DNA of 50,489 nt from Spirochaetota bacterium. GTDB taxonomy: Bacteria > Spirochaetota > JAGLSM01 > JAKPMW01. Position 1 is the first letter of the stretch. The number at the start of each line of letters is the position of its first letter. The notes beneath the pieces are model-generated. The model was not told where the DNA came from, ran no database searches, and worked only from the letters and a program-made list of their open reading frames with translations. Shown here piece after piece: positions 34,977-44,633 of this stretch. The translations under genes were made by a program, and so were the position numbers. The stretch covers positions 1-50,489 of the forward strand of contig DAIREN010000004.1 of the NCBI GenBank assembly GCA_036795535.1, read 5' to 3'.

Positions 34977-37900
34977 CTAGTCGACCGTGAAGTACTTGGC
35001 CTGCGGGTGATGGACGATAAAGGCACTGGTGGTCTGCTCGGGAACCATTTGATGATTGTCACTCTCGGTGACACCAATCTCCTCTGCATGAACCAGTTTG
35101 AGCAGGGTGCTGTTTTCCGCAAGATCGGGACAGGCCGGATACCCGAAGGAATACCGGCTTCCCCTGTATTTCTGCACGATAAAATCATCGATACCCGCAC
35201 CGTCTTGCCCGTCGATCCCCAAATCGCGCCTGATCTGACGATGCCAGAATTCGGCCAGGGCCTCGGCACTCTCGACAGCCAGACCGTGGAACAGAAGGTA
35301 TTCACGATAGCGTCCTGCATCATACAACTCATGGGCGTAGCGATCCGCACCTGGCCCGATGGTGACAACCTGAAGCGGCAGGATATCGAACCGCCCGCCC
35401 GTTTTCGGCAGGAAGTAGTCCGGAATCGAACGACCCGGTGCCCTCTTTTGCCTGGGAAAGTTGAGGCGGGCGATTTCCTTGAATGATCCGTCACAGACAA
35501 TCAAACTCTCACCCTCACTCTGACAGGGGAAATAGCCCCACGCGACTTTTGGGGTAAAAAGTTCATGATCGCGCACAAGGGCTTTGAGACGCGAGAGTTC
35601 CGGTTTGGCCTCGCGTTCAAGGAGTGCTTCAAATTCTTCTTTGGAAAGTTGCCCTCGACGAAAACCCCAGCGGCCCCGAAAGAGAACGCTTTCAGTTAAC
35701 AGCGAAAAGACATCATCAAGCGAGATATCTTCGGTCGAACGGCTCCCGTAAAAAGGCGCTCGCGGAACGGCATCAAGGACCTGAACGGATTCAACATCCC
35801 CTGCTGCTTCTTGGGCAGAAATCCTCTGCGCGGCATGAAGTGCAGTGCGGCGACGGATATCGGCATGCTTGATCCGGTCAGCGGCAACCGCTTCAACGAG
35901 TCCACCGTCCCGGACCAGGGTCATCCCCCTCAGCCCGTCAAACGCATCCGCGCTGTAGACGACTGTTCCGTCATAGACCGCCTGGCAGTCCTCATCGGCC
36001 CATTGGCGGGTCAAGGCTGCGCCTCCCAGGAAGACTGGCAGGCGAAGACCGGCCGACTGGAGCGCTTCCAGATATTCCTTCATGATGACGGTCGACTTGA
36101 CCAAGAGACCGGACAACCCGATCGCATCCGCACCAACCTCACGGACCTTCTCGATGATTGTCTGGATCTCGCACTTGATGCCCAGGTTGTAGACCTTGAA
36201 CCCGTTATTGCTGAGGATAATGTCGACAAGGTTTTTCCCGATGTCATGGACATCCCCTCGGACTGTTGCCAGAACGATACTGCAGGGCTTGGAGGCATCC
36301 TTCTTCTCGATCCAGGGCTGCAGGATCTCGACAGCAGCACGCATCGTCTCGGCGGACTGGAGCACAAAGGGAAGCTGCATTTTGCCGGATCCGAAGAGAT
36401 CTCCCACGATTTTCATGGCCGGGATGAGAATCTCGTTGATGATGGACAGGGCATCATGCGAGGAACGGGCTTCCTCAAGCATCACGTCGAGCGCGGCCCG
36501 GTTCCCGCGGATAATGGCCTGTTCGAGCCGCTTCTCGACCGGGAGGGAAACCTGACTCCCGGACACAGCTTCCTGTCCCGCCGATCGATCCTCGAAGCGT
36601 TTGATGAAATCAAAAAGAGCATTTTCAGTTTTATTGTAGATCAGGGCCAGGGCCGCTTCCCGATCCCCGTCATCGATGGCCGCCATGGGAACGATCGAAG
36701 AGGCATGCACGATCGCCATATCGAGTCCGGCATCCACCGCTTCGGCCAGAAAGACGGAATTGAGGATTTTCCTCGGCTGGGGTGAGAGTCCGAACGAGAT
36801 ATTGGAGAGACCCAAAACCGTCCAGACCCCGGGCAGGGCCGCTTTGACACGGCGGATTCCATCGAGGGTTTCAACCCCGGCGTTTCTCGAATCAGGGTCG
36901 CCGCTTCCAAGCGTGAAGGTCAGGACGTCAAAGACAAGGTCCTGTGGCTTCATTCCGACGCGATCCACTGCGAGAGCATGAATCCTCCGGGCAACCTCGA
37001 GTTTCTTTCCGGCCGTCTTGGCCATTCCATCAATTTCATCGATCGTCAAAGCAACCAGCGCGGCGCCAAATCGTTTTGCCAGCCGACAAACCCGCTCGGC
37101 ATACTCCTCGCCGGATTCAAGATTGACGGAGTTGACAAGGGGGCGGCCGCCGTACAGTTTGAGTGAGGCTTCGAGCACCTCGAGGCTGGTCGAATCAATC
37201 ACGAGCGGAAACCGGGTGCGGGTGACGGCCTTCGAGACGGCCAGTGTCATGTCGCGGACTTCATTGCGCCCCGTATAGGCAACACAGAGATCGAGGGCAT
37301 GCGCTCCGCCCGTTTCCTGGTCAGCGATCACCTCGAGGATTCCGTCCCAGTTTTCGGAGGTGAGGAGTTCCTTGAAGCGCCGGCTCCCGTTGGTATTGGC
37401 CCGTTCACCGATCATCAGGGGGCGTGGTACCTGGAGCATGTTTTGCGCCGTATACAGGCTGGCCAGGGTCCAGGCGCGTTCCCGTTGACGGGCGGCCGGC
37501 TTGACCCCGGGAGTTGCCCTGGAGAGGGCGGCAATATAGTCGGGACTCGTTCCGCAGCAACCACCCACAATCTGGACGCCGTCTTCGGCAACATAGCGTG
37601 CCACACGCTGGGCAAAATCCTCCGGAGAGAGGGAATAGACCATCTTCCCGTTGATGTTCTGCGGCATTCCGGCGTTGGGCATCACCATCGTGAATCCGGG
37701 GAAGGTCTGACTGATCTCCCTGATATACGGGGCCATCAGATCCGGACCGGTCGCACAGTTGATCCCGAGGATGTCCACGCCCATGGCGGATGCAACAGAG
37801 ATAACGGCCGAGATATCGCTCCCCACGAGCATCGTTCCTGTGGTCTCGATGGTCACAGAAAGCAGGATCAGGATATCCCGTCCCGAGGCAACGATCACAT

Positions 37901-38417
37901 CCTGCGCCGCTTCAATCACTGTCTTGAAGTGCAGGGGGTCCTGGCAGGTCTCGATCATGAAAATGTCGACGCCACCATCCGCGAGGGCCTGGATCTGAGG
38001 GAGATAGGCGGCATAGACGGCATCATGATCAATCTGTCCGAGGCTGGCAAGGCGTGTTCCCGGCCCGATCGATCCGGCGACATAGCGCGGCTTGCCATCA
38101 CCAAACCCGTCCGCTACGCTTCGCGCCAGCCGGGCCGCCGCCAGATTGATCTCCCTGGTCTGATCGGAGAGACTGTATTCGGCAAGGACGTAGCTGCTGG
38201 CACCAAAGGTATTCGTCTCCACGATGTCGGAACCAGCCGCATAATAAAGCCGGTGCACCTCGCTGATCAAATGTGGTGCGGAGATATTGAGATACTCGTT
38301 GCAGCCATGATGGCCACCCCAGTCTTCATCCCGGATTTCCATTTTCTGGATCTCTGTGCCCATGGCACCATCCAGAAGAAGCAGCTCTCCGGCTGCCAGC
38401 CGCTCGCGAAGTGTCAT
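34977..38417 (-). CDS. metH: cobalamin-dependent methionine synthase
   Basis: Hcy-binding LLLDGAMGT...GGCCGTSP; pterin-binding domain; B12 motif GDVHDIGKN...SGLL; AdoMet activation domain ...RYSFGYPACPDL. ATG 38417 was chosen; the track start 38447 is TTG. Confidence 0.95.
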   Translation of the reverse strand: MTLRERLAAGELLLLDGAMGTEIQKMEIRDEDWGGHHGCNEYLNISAPHLISEVHRLYYAAGSDIVETNTFGASSYVLAEYSLSDQTREINLAAARLARSVADGFGDGKPRYVAGSIGPGTRLASLGQIDHDAVYAAYLPQIQALADGGVDIFMIETCQDPLHFKTVIEAAQDVIVASGRDILILLSVTIETTGTMLVGSDISAVISVASAMGVDILGINCATGPDLMAPYIREISQTFPGFTMVMPNAGMPQNINGKMVYSLSPEDFAQRVARYVAEDGVQIVGGCCGTSPDYIAALSRATPGVKPAARQRERAWTLASLYTAQNMLQVPRPLMIGERANTNGSRRFKELLTSENWDGILEVIADQETGGAHALDLCVAYTGRNEVRDMTLAVSKAVTRTRFPLVIDSTSLEVLEASLKLYGGRPLVNSVNLESGEEYAERVCRLAKRFGAALVALTIDEIDGMAKTAGKKLEVARRIHALAVDRVGMKPQDLVFDVLTFTLGSGDPDSRNAGVETLDGIRRVKAALPGVWTVLGLSNISFGLSPQPRKILNSVFLAEAVDAGLDMAIVHASSIVPMAAIDDGDREAALALIYNKTENALFDFIKRFEDRSAGQEAVSGSQVSLPVEKRLEQAIIRGNRAALDVMLEEARSSHDALSIINEILIPAMKIVGDLFGSGKMQLPFVLQSAETMRAAVEILQPWIEKKDASKPCSIVLATVRGDVHDIGKNLVDIILSNNGFKVYNLGIKCEIQTIIEKVREVGADAIGLSGLLVKSTVIMKEYLEALQSAGLRLPVFLGGAALTRQWADEDCQAVYDGTVVYSADAFDGLRGMTLVRDGGLVEAVAADRIKHADIRRRTALHAAQRISAQEAAGDVESVQVLDAVPRAPFYGSRSTEDISLDDVFSLLTESVLFRGRWGFRRGQLSKEEFEALLEREAKPELSRLKALVRDHELFTPKVAWGYFPCQSEGESLIVCDGSFKEIARLNFPRQKRAPGRSIPDYFLPKTGGRFDILPLQVVTIGPGADRYAHELYDAGRYREYLLFHGLAVESAEALAEFWHRQIRRDLGIDGQDGAGIDDFIVQKYRGSRYSFGYPACPDLAENSTLLKLVHAEEIGVTESDNHQMVPEQTTSAFIVHHPQAKYFTVD

Positions 38418-38487
38418 CCTGTCCCGCCTGTTGTGGTTTGCATACAAAATATACTCCGTTCAAGGTCCGTCTCAAACGATATCCCTC

Positions 38488-38517
38488 TTGACAATCGAAG
38501 TCCAAATCACATATTCT
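38488..38517 (+). promoter_or_regulatory. sigma70-like promoter candidate for the GHKL-like gene
   Basis: TTGACA (38488-38493), 18-nt spacer, TATTCT (38512-38517), about 60 nt upstream of ATG 38577. Confidence 0.35.
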
Positions 38518-38576
38518 GTTTGTGGACCTGCGGGATTCTGTTCGCGGGCACCAAGACCCGCAGAAATGGATGTTGT

Positions 38577-39338
38577 ATGCCACAGACTGAAGCAGGGATA
38601 CGCCAGGAAGTCGAGCGTTCCCTCGATAAAAACGATATCATCACGTTTCGGACCTACTACCTGAGCGACTACGGAGAAATGGTGTTGCGTGTCATCGCCT
38701 CCTCAATCCTCGAACGATTCGGCCGATCCGACTTGATGGATATTGTCTACAGCGCCGCCAAGGAGCTGATCATCAACGCGACAAAGGCCAATCTCAAACG
38801 CGTCGTCTTTACCGAACTCGGTCTGGATCTCCTCAGCCCGTCGGAGTACGAAAAGGGGATGCACATCTTCAAGGAACGTCTCGTCGAAGACAAGGTCAAA
38901 GAGTACGAAAAGGTTTTCAAGGAGATGGACTATCCCGTTGTGTCGACATTCTACTACTGGCCCAATGTCCTCAACATCAAGGTCAAAAACAGTTTCATGC
39001 TCCTGCCGGAGGAAGAAAAAAAGATCCGTTCCAAATTCGAACGGGCGCATTCGTTCGCGAATCTCCTGGATTTTTACATGGAGTACGGAGATGACACCGA
39101 AGGCGCCGGGCTGGGACTGGCCATGGTCGGAATCCTTCTCGACGAGAGCGGGATCGACAAGCACGCCTTCACGCTCTACTCGAACCAGTATAACGAAACG
39201 GCCGCCCGCCTCGAGATTCCCCTGACAAAAGACTATGTCCCGAGACGGGTTGTGTTTGAACGTGAACGCGCCAAGTCGGGACTCTCGGCCGACGAGTTTC
39301 GCAAGATCTTTCAGCCACACAACCATTTTCCAAACTGA
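38577..39338 (+). CDS. stand-alone GHKL/HATPase_c-like protein (possible anti-sigma-type Ser kinase or pseudokinase)
   Basis: This is the 3' third of track ORF 37299..39338. N-box-like AAKELIINATKAN and G2-box-like DDTEGAGLGLAMVGILL. The expected DxGxG (G1) position reads VKNSFM. The rest of the track ORF is antisense to metH. Confidence 0.5.
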   Translation: MPQTEAGIRQEVERSLDKNDIITFRTYYLSDYGEMVLRVIASSILERFGRSDLMDIVYSAAKELIINATKANLKRVVFTELGLDLLSPSEYEKGMHIFKERLVEDKVKEYEKVFKEMDYPVVSTFYYWPNVLNIKVKNSFMLLPEEEKKIRSKFERAHSFANLLDFYMEYGDDTEGAGLGLAMVGILLDESGIDKHAFTLYSNQYNETAARLEIPLTKDYVPRRVVFERERAKSGLSADEFRKIFQPHNHFPN

Positions 39339-39355
39339 CATCCGGAGGAAACTGC

Positions 39356-40930
39356 GTGAAGATGGCCGCTTTTTTCTGGACGCAGTTTGCCGGTGCGTTT
39401 AACGACAATTTCTACAAAAACGCCCTGATCCTCTGGATCAGTTTTGGCGCACCCGGGCTTGAACCCGGTCTACGGAATACCCTCATAATTCTCTGTTCGG
39501 GAATTTTCATCCTCCCTTTTTTTCTTTTTTCAGCCACAGCGGGCTGGCTGGCTGACTCCCAATCCAAAGATCGTGTCATCCGCTGGACAAAACTGGCAGA
39601 GATCCTGATCATGGGTGCGGGAGCCATGGCGTTTTTGGCCGGAAGCATCCCGGCCCTGATCATCGTCCTCTTTTTCATGGGTGCCCAGTCTGCATGGTTC
39701 GGACCGGCAAAATACGGGGTGATTCCCGAGCTCGTCCCCGAGGAAAACCTGCTGCGGGCAAACGGTCTGGTCGCAATGGGCACCTTTGTCGCGATTTTGA
39801 CGGGGACCCTGTTTGGCGGCATGGCCGGAAGCCTGAATGATGGCCGCATCCTGGCCGCCTGCTCCGTTGTATTGATCGCAGTTTTTGGCTGGCTCGCCAG
39901 CCTGAAGATCCCCCGGCTAGGCGCGAAGGCCCCCGGGACACTCCGGGCAGGAGGATGGATCTGCGAAACCGGAATCCGGCTTGGTGAAATCAGACGAGAA
40001 ACACGGATCTTTCCCCTCCTCGTAGCCATCTCCTGGTTCTGGTTCCATGGTGCCTTCATCCTCCAGCTTCTCCCGATCCATATCATGCATGCGGGGGAAA
40101 ACACCATCCTTCCTGCCGCTCTGGACTGGATGCACGGAAGTGCGGGAATGGCCGGCTCACAGGTTACCCTTTCCCTGCTGCTCTTTTCCGGCGGAATCGG
40201 GATCGGGTCGATGATTCCCGGCAGGCGGAAGACACGACATATCGAAACAGCGTCATCGGTCTGGGCCCTGGGTCTGCTGTCACTGACAGCCATGCTCGTG
40301 CCCCTGGTTGAAGACATCTTTCCCGTCGTCTTCTGCATCCTGGCCCTCTCCGGCATCGCAGCAGGACTCTACTCGGTTCCTTTGTATGCCGCGATCCAGG
40401 CCACAGCACGCCCGGCAATCCGGGCACGAATTTTTTCCGGCGGGAACATCCTTGATGCCGGGTTCATGGTCGGCGCCAGCCTCCTGATGCAGGTGCTCGA
40501 GATGACCAGGATTGCGCCGGTGCAGCGCTTTCTTGTTTTAGGGTTGCTGGATCTCGCGTTCCTCGCGGTTTGGATCCGCAAGCGGAGCGACCTGGTGGAG
40601 AGAGTCCGCCTGCGATTTCTCCAGGATACAAGACGGGAATTGCTGGGGCATCCTGATGGCCCCGCGGTCTTCCTCTATCCCGGGACTGTCACAAAATCCG
40701 GAATGGCATCGTTGGCCTTGTCGTTTTCCTGTCTTCCTGCAGGGTATCGCGGGGAAACGGTTCCACAGGACGAGTGGAATCGGCTGCTGGCGTCCGATGT
40801 GAGCATCATCCAGCCGGAGGGTGTCACGGTTCCCGCAGGAATCCCTGTCTTCATCATTCGTCTTGAGCCGTCCGGCTTTGTCTGTCATCCGGCAGAACCT
40901 GGCGTCACAGCCCCAGCCAACAAGGTATAG
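39356..40930 (+). CDS. MFS transporter of the LplT (lysophospholipid transporter) type with a C-terminal extension of about 125 aa
   Basis: GTG 39356 with GGAGGA 6 nt upstream. N-terminus FFWTQFAGAFNDNFYKNAL is typical of LplT/Aas-associated MFS proteins. About 12 TM segments. The tail contains HPDG and LYPGTVT, faintly reminiscent of acyltransferase blocks I and III. Confidence 0.75.
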   Translation: MKMAAFFWTQFAGAFNDNFYKNALILWISFGAPGLEPGLRNTLIILCSGIFILPFFLFSATAGWLADSQSKDRVIRWTKLAEILIMGAGAMAFLAGSIPALIIVLFFMGAQSAWFGPAKYGVIPELVPEENLLRANGLVAMGTFVAILTGTLFGGMAGSLNDGRILAACSVVLIAVFGWLASLKIPRLGAKAPGTLRAGGWICETGIRLGEIRRETRIFPLLVAISWFWFHGAFILQLLPIHIMHAGENTILPAALDWMHGSAGMAGSQVTLSLLLFSGGIGIGSMIPGRRKTRHIETASSVWALGLLSLTAMLVPLVEDIFPVVFCILALSGIAAGLYSVPLYAAIQATARPAIRARIFSGGNILDAGFMVGASLLMQVLEMTRIAPVQRFLVLGLLDLAFLAVWIRKRSDLVERVRLRFLQDTRRELLGHPDGPAVFLYPGTVTKSGMASLALSFSCLPAGYRGETVPQDEWNRLLASDVSIIQPEGVTVPAGIPVFIIRLEPSGFVCHPAEPGVTAPANKV

Positions 40931-40936
40931 TGATTT

Positions 40937-41929
40937 TCACAACCTGAGTGCCGGTTTGAGAAGCCAGCAGTGATGGATCTTCTGATTGCGAAAATCCCGG
41001 GGGATCGTCTCGCGGGTGATGTTCTCGACACGGGCAAAGGACGAGACTTCGTCGTCAAGCGTGAAGTCCGTCCGGTTATTGGAAAACACAAGCACTCCGT
41101 CAGTTGACAATGCGCGAACCAGATGCCGCAGAAGCCAGACATGATCCCGTTGTACATCAAAACTGGTCTGCATGGCTTTGCTGACGGAAAAGGTCGGCGG
41201 ATCGGCGATGATCAGATCGAAACTGGACGGAGCAAGACTGGCGGCGTACTCCAGAACGTCTGCCCGGATCAGACGATGCCGGGACGCGTCCGGAAAATTC
41301 AAAAGATGGTTCTCTTCGACCCAGTCGAGATAGGTGTTGGAAAGATCGACCGTTGTCACGGATTCCGCCCCCCCGGCGAGAGCATAGACGGAAAAACTCC
41401 CCGTATACGCAAAAAGATTGCAAACACGACGTCCGTCGGCAAGGTTCCGGACCAGAGCCCGGGTCGGTCTGTGGTCAAGAAAAAGTCCGGTATCGAGATA
41501 GTCTGCAAGGTTGACGAGAAACGAGAGTCCACCCTCGTGAACCGTCATCCTGTGGCCGGTTTCGGCGACCCGTGTATATTGTTGCTTCCCTCGCTGACGC
41601 TGCCTGACCTTGAAAAAAATATTGTCCTCCGGAAGCGCGAGGACGGCAGCGGCAGCCCGACAGAGCTGCTCCATCCGGACGATATGCCTGTCTTCATCCG
41701 GGGGCGTAAAAGTGCGGTACTCGGCAATATGAAGCATGTCCTCGTAGCGGTCGATCGCCAGCGGAATCTCGGGGATATCGCAATCATAGACCCGGTAGCA
41801 GGAAATCGACTCACGTCGTCTCCAGCGTGCAAGATGGGTTTCCGTCCGCCTGAGTCTGTTCCCCAAAAAAATGCATTGCTGGGCGATGTGTTCATCGCTA
41901 TAGCCGTACTGCTCAGGTTCACGAATCAT
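40937..41929 (-). CDS. class I SAM-dependent rRNA methyltransferase, RlmK (YcbY C-terminal half)-like
   Basis: NRLRRTETHLARW...CYRVYDCDIPE...VNLADYLDTGLFLDHR...NLFAYTGSFSV...DPPTFS...FDVQRDH. The internal ATG 41929 was chosen. Confidence 0.75.
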   Translation of the reverse strand: MIREPEQYGYSDEHIAQQCIFLGNRLRRTETHLARWRRRESISCYRVYDCDIPEIPLAIDRYEDMLHIAEYRTFTPPDEDRHIVRMEQLCRAAAAVLALPEDNIFFKVRQRQRGKQQYTRVAETGHRMTVHEGGLSFLVNLADYLDTGLFLDHRPTRALVRNLADGRRVCNLFAYTGSFSVYALAGGAESVTTVDLSNTYLDWVEENHLLNFPDASRHRLIRADVLEYAASLAPSSFDLIIADPPTFSVSKAMQTSFDVQRDHVWLLRHLVRALSTDGVLVFSNNRTDFTLDDEVSSFARVENITRETIPRDFRNQKIHHCWLLKPALRL

Positions 41930-42026
41930 GCGAGTCCCGTTTTTTACAAAAATGCCAATATTGCCATGATCTGACCACTGCAAACGTATAAGAAGGGAAA
42001 GATTAGGCCCATCGGAGGTGATCAAC

Positions 42027-42608
42027 ATGTGCGCACATCGTATCCCGACCAGATTGACTGCAGCCCTCGCCACAGGCTTTCCCGAATGGCTCAAAGAGCA
42101 GGAACATCGTTTTGGAAAGCTCCACACCATTCATCCTGCCATACTCGAGAGTCTGTCCCTCTGGGCGCACGAAGTCCTGCTTTCATCCCCGGGAGATCCC
42201 GACCTGGACGAGATCGAGGGAGCCATCTCGCGGATTTTCAAAATGGAAGGGGTGGTTGTATTTCATCTTAAGGCCTGCGTTTCGGCAGCCATCGAGTACT
42301 GCGCCCTGTCCTACGGAATAGAGAATTTCGGGTTGCGGGGAAAACGGGACGAACTTGTCGCCTGGCTGAATACAACCGAGCTGTATGCTTCGGTGGATGA
42401 AACACGGGTCCGCACAGCCGTCACCTGTCTGCTCGATGAGCTGGATACCCAATTCTACAAGGGTATTGATTTTGATCAAGATGGCTTTTCCGATCGGCTC
42501 CGCACCGCCGGACTCGGCCAACCGCATGAGGAATGGCTGGATTGGCTGGCCGTTGATGCTCTGACCTATCTTGATACCGAGGGATTTATCCAGGAAACCG
42601 GATTCTGA
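42027..42608 (+). CDS. hypothetical cytoplasmic protein, 193 aa
   Basis: ATG 42027 with GGAGG 8 nt upstream. No signal peptide and no motif I recognise. Acidic helical C-terminus. Confidence 0.5.
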   Translation: MCAHRIPTRLTAALATGFPEWLKEQEHRFGKLHTIHPAILESLSLWAHEVLLSSPGDPDLDEIEGAISRIFKMEGVVVFHLKACVSAAIEYCALSYGIENFGLRGKRDELVAWLNTTELYASVDETRVRTAVTCLLDELDTQFYKGIDFDQDGFSDRLRTAGLGQPHEEWLDWLAVDALTYLDTEGFIQETGF

Positions 42609-42610
42609 CT

Positions 42611-43792
42611 TCAGTCCAGCTGGAGAATCATCCCCCGCAAATACTCGCTCTCGGGCATGTGAAGCACAATCGGGTGATCCGCTGGTTGATGGGCATACTC
42701 GAGCACCCTGGCAGTCCGTCCTGCGTCAGCCAGCGCCTCCCGGACGATGCCCGTAAACGTCTCGTGATCGACATGGTGCGAACAGCTGTAGGTCGCCAAG
42801 ATTCCTCCGGAAGAGAGAAGTTTGGCTGCACGCAGATTGAGTTCTTTATATCCCCGGACAGCCCCCGCCAATTGTCGCTTTGAAGGCGCAAACGGTGGCG
42901 GATCGAGAATGATCATGTCCCAACGCTGGTCCCTGTGCTCCCGCAGATAATCAAAAGCATTCCGTACGATGGGCGTGTACTCCGAAATGCCATTCCGATC
43001 GGCATTGGCCGCTGCGAGTTGGATAGCTTGCTGGGAACTGTCCACAGCAGTCACACTTTGGGCACCCGCTCGAGCCGCAATCAGTCCAAAAGCACCCTGA
43101 TTGCAAAAAACATCCAGGACGGTCCGGCCTTTCGCAAAAGCCGCCACCCGGGCGTACTGCTCCTTCTGGTCAAGGTAGAGCCCGGTTTTTTGGCCATGAA
43201 GAGGATCAATGGCGAAAACGATGTTCTGGAGATGGATGGTCTCGTCCGGTTGGAGATCTCCATACAAGATGGTGGTTTCCCGGGCCAGACCCTCGTATTC
43301 ACGCACAGGGGCGTCATTTCTCGCGACAATGCAGCGTGGCTTCAAGAGGTCGACCAGCATCCCGGCAATCTCGTTCAGGCAGGTATCGACCAGACGGGTC
43401 AGGGCCTGGACCACCAGGATATCCCCGAAAGAATCGATCACCAATCCGGGAATCCCGTCGGATTCGGACCAAAACAGCCGGCAAACATCGGTATACCCGG
43501 CTGCGCGTCTCGACTCGATGGCACGAACGATCCTGGTATGGACCAGGGTATCATCAAAAGGGACGTTCTCGTGTGTATAGCGACGCCAGACGATCTGCGA
43601 ACCCGGATTGACAAGTCCTCTCCCGAGAAACCGTCCTTGCCGGTCATGAAGGTCAGCCGTCATTTCGTTGTCCGGCGGAAGGCTCTCAAGCTCACCGGCA
43701 AAAACCCAGGGATGACCATCAAGAACGCGGTGGTACCCGGAACGAAGCCGGAGCCCGGCTTCCCGGACCGGCATGGGGTCGTGGTCTGTCAT
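42611..43792 (-). CDS. rlmI: PUA-domain class I SAM-dependent rRNA (cytosine-C5) methyltransferase, RlmI-like
   Basis: GHPWVF PUA-like N-terminus, GLYLDQK, VLDVFCNQGAFG, ILDPPPFA. ATG 43792 overlaps the upstream stop as ATGA. Confidence 0.8.
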   Translation of the reverse strand: MTDHDPMPVREAGLRLRSGYHRVLDGHPWVFAGELESLPPDNEMTADLHDRQGRFLGRGLVNPGSQIVWRRYTHENVPFDDTLVHTRIVRAIESRRAAGYTDVCRLFWSESDGIPGLVIDSFGDILVVQALTRLVDTCLNEIAGMLVDLLKPRCIVARNDAPVREYEGLARETTILYGDLQPDETIHLQNIVFAIDPLHGQKTGLYLDQKEQYARVAAFAKGRTVLDVFCNQGAFGLIAARAGAQSVTAVDSSQQAIQLAAANADRNGISEYTPIVRNAFDYLREHRDQRWDMIILDPPPFAPSKRQLAGAVRGYKELNLRAAKLLSSGGILATYSCSHHVDHETFTGIVREALADAGRTARVLEYAHQPADHPIVLHMPESEYLRGMILQLD

Positions 43793-44409
43793 TCGGAAGC
43801 CTTTCGGGCCTTCCTGAAGATGGCGCCCTCCCACGGACCACAGGCAAAGAATCCGTTTGTCTGTGTCATCGAAAAGCGCAGGGTTTCGGGGCTGGCTTTG
43901 ACAAAGGCCACTTCCGTGATATTGGCACCGGCAAACCCGGAAAAATCCCGCCGGTCAATGGCCAGCATGTAGCGCCCGGTCTCCTCCGTGTACTTGCCAT
44001 ACACGGTTCCGATCCCCTGGCAGAGATTGACCTTCATCATGAATTTTCCGTTTTCATAAAAATTGAGCAGGAGGTACTGGTCGCTTTCGCAGAGCCAGGA
44101 TGCTTTGAGCGCGGTCACCGGGTCCTCTGCCAGGTCCTTGTCAAAGATCCAGCCTTCGAGATCCTTGAAAACGACTTTGAGCCATTGCCCCGTGCGCCCA
44201 CCGGAGATACCGGCCACCGCTTCTCCTTTTTTGACCTCGACAGCCGTGTTTTGAGGAACAACCGCCAGAAGCACAGCATTGGTCGCTGCATTTTGCCGGA
44301 GCTCAGCCCCGCCTCTGGTCTGCACGTAGAGGACATTCTCTTTTTGCGAAGAGCATCCGGCGAGGATGGCGAGAAGAATTGGCATCAGGAAGAATGTACG
44401 GAAAGACAT
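43789..44409 (-). CDS. lipoprotein with an SH3b-like domain plus an unassigned C-terminal domain (paralog-like of 932..1567)
   Basis: MSFRTFFLMPILLAILAGCSS lipobox. VQTRGGAELRQNAATNAVLLAVVPQNTAVEV...WLKVVFKDLEGWIFDKDL. ATG 44409 was chosen. Confidence 0.65.
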   Translation of the reverse strand: MSFRTFFLMPILLAILAGCSSQKENVLYVQTRGGAELRQNAATNAVLLAVVPQNTAVEVKKGEAVAGISGGRTGQWLKVVFKDLEGWIFDKDLAEDPVTALKASWLCESDQYLLLNFYENGKFMMKVNLCQGIGTVYGKYTEETGRYMLAIDRRDFSGFAGANITEVAFVKASPETLRFSMTQTNGFFACGPWEGAIFRKARKASE

Positions 44410-44633
44410 GGGAGAACCACCAGGCATGAAAATTTTGACAGAAACCGGCCGGTCTGCATTGCACCATTTCTGCTCCTCAAATATAGCGCTGCGTCATGCC
44501 GACGGCAGTAACTCCGAGCAGCCTGAGGTGCAACGGGACATTGCCCGGAATCCTGGCCAAGCGTCCAACCTCTCTCGTGACCGGAAGCTGACCTGACCAG
44601 AGAGCAAGCAAGGAATCCCGGCATCAGAAGCGA

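Noticed and set aside
37299-38576. 5' two thirds of the 679-aa + strand ORF 37299..39338
   Set aside because: This part is antisense to metH. Only the segment from ATG 38577 onward, which has a promoter candidate and GHKL-like motifs, is supportable.
38418-38576. Cobalamin or SAM riboswitch upstream of metH
   Set aside because: The leader is at most about 100 nt after a plausible TTTGAG-N17-TATATT promoter. It has no B12-box-like GCCACTG and no SAM-I-type conserved helices.
39412-43972. Long ORFs 39412..40356 (-), 41123..41974 (+) and 42935..43972 (+)
   Set aside because: They are antisense shadows of the MFS transporter, the RlmK-like gene and rlmI.
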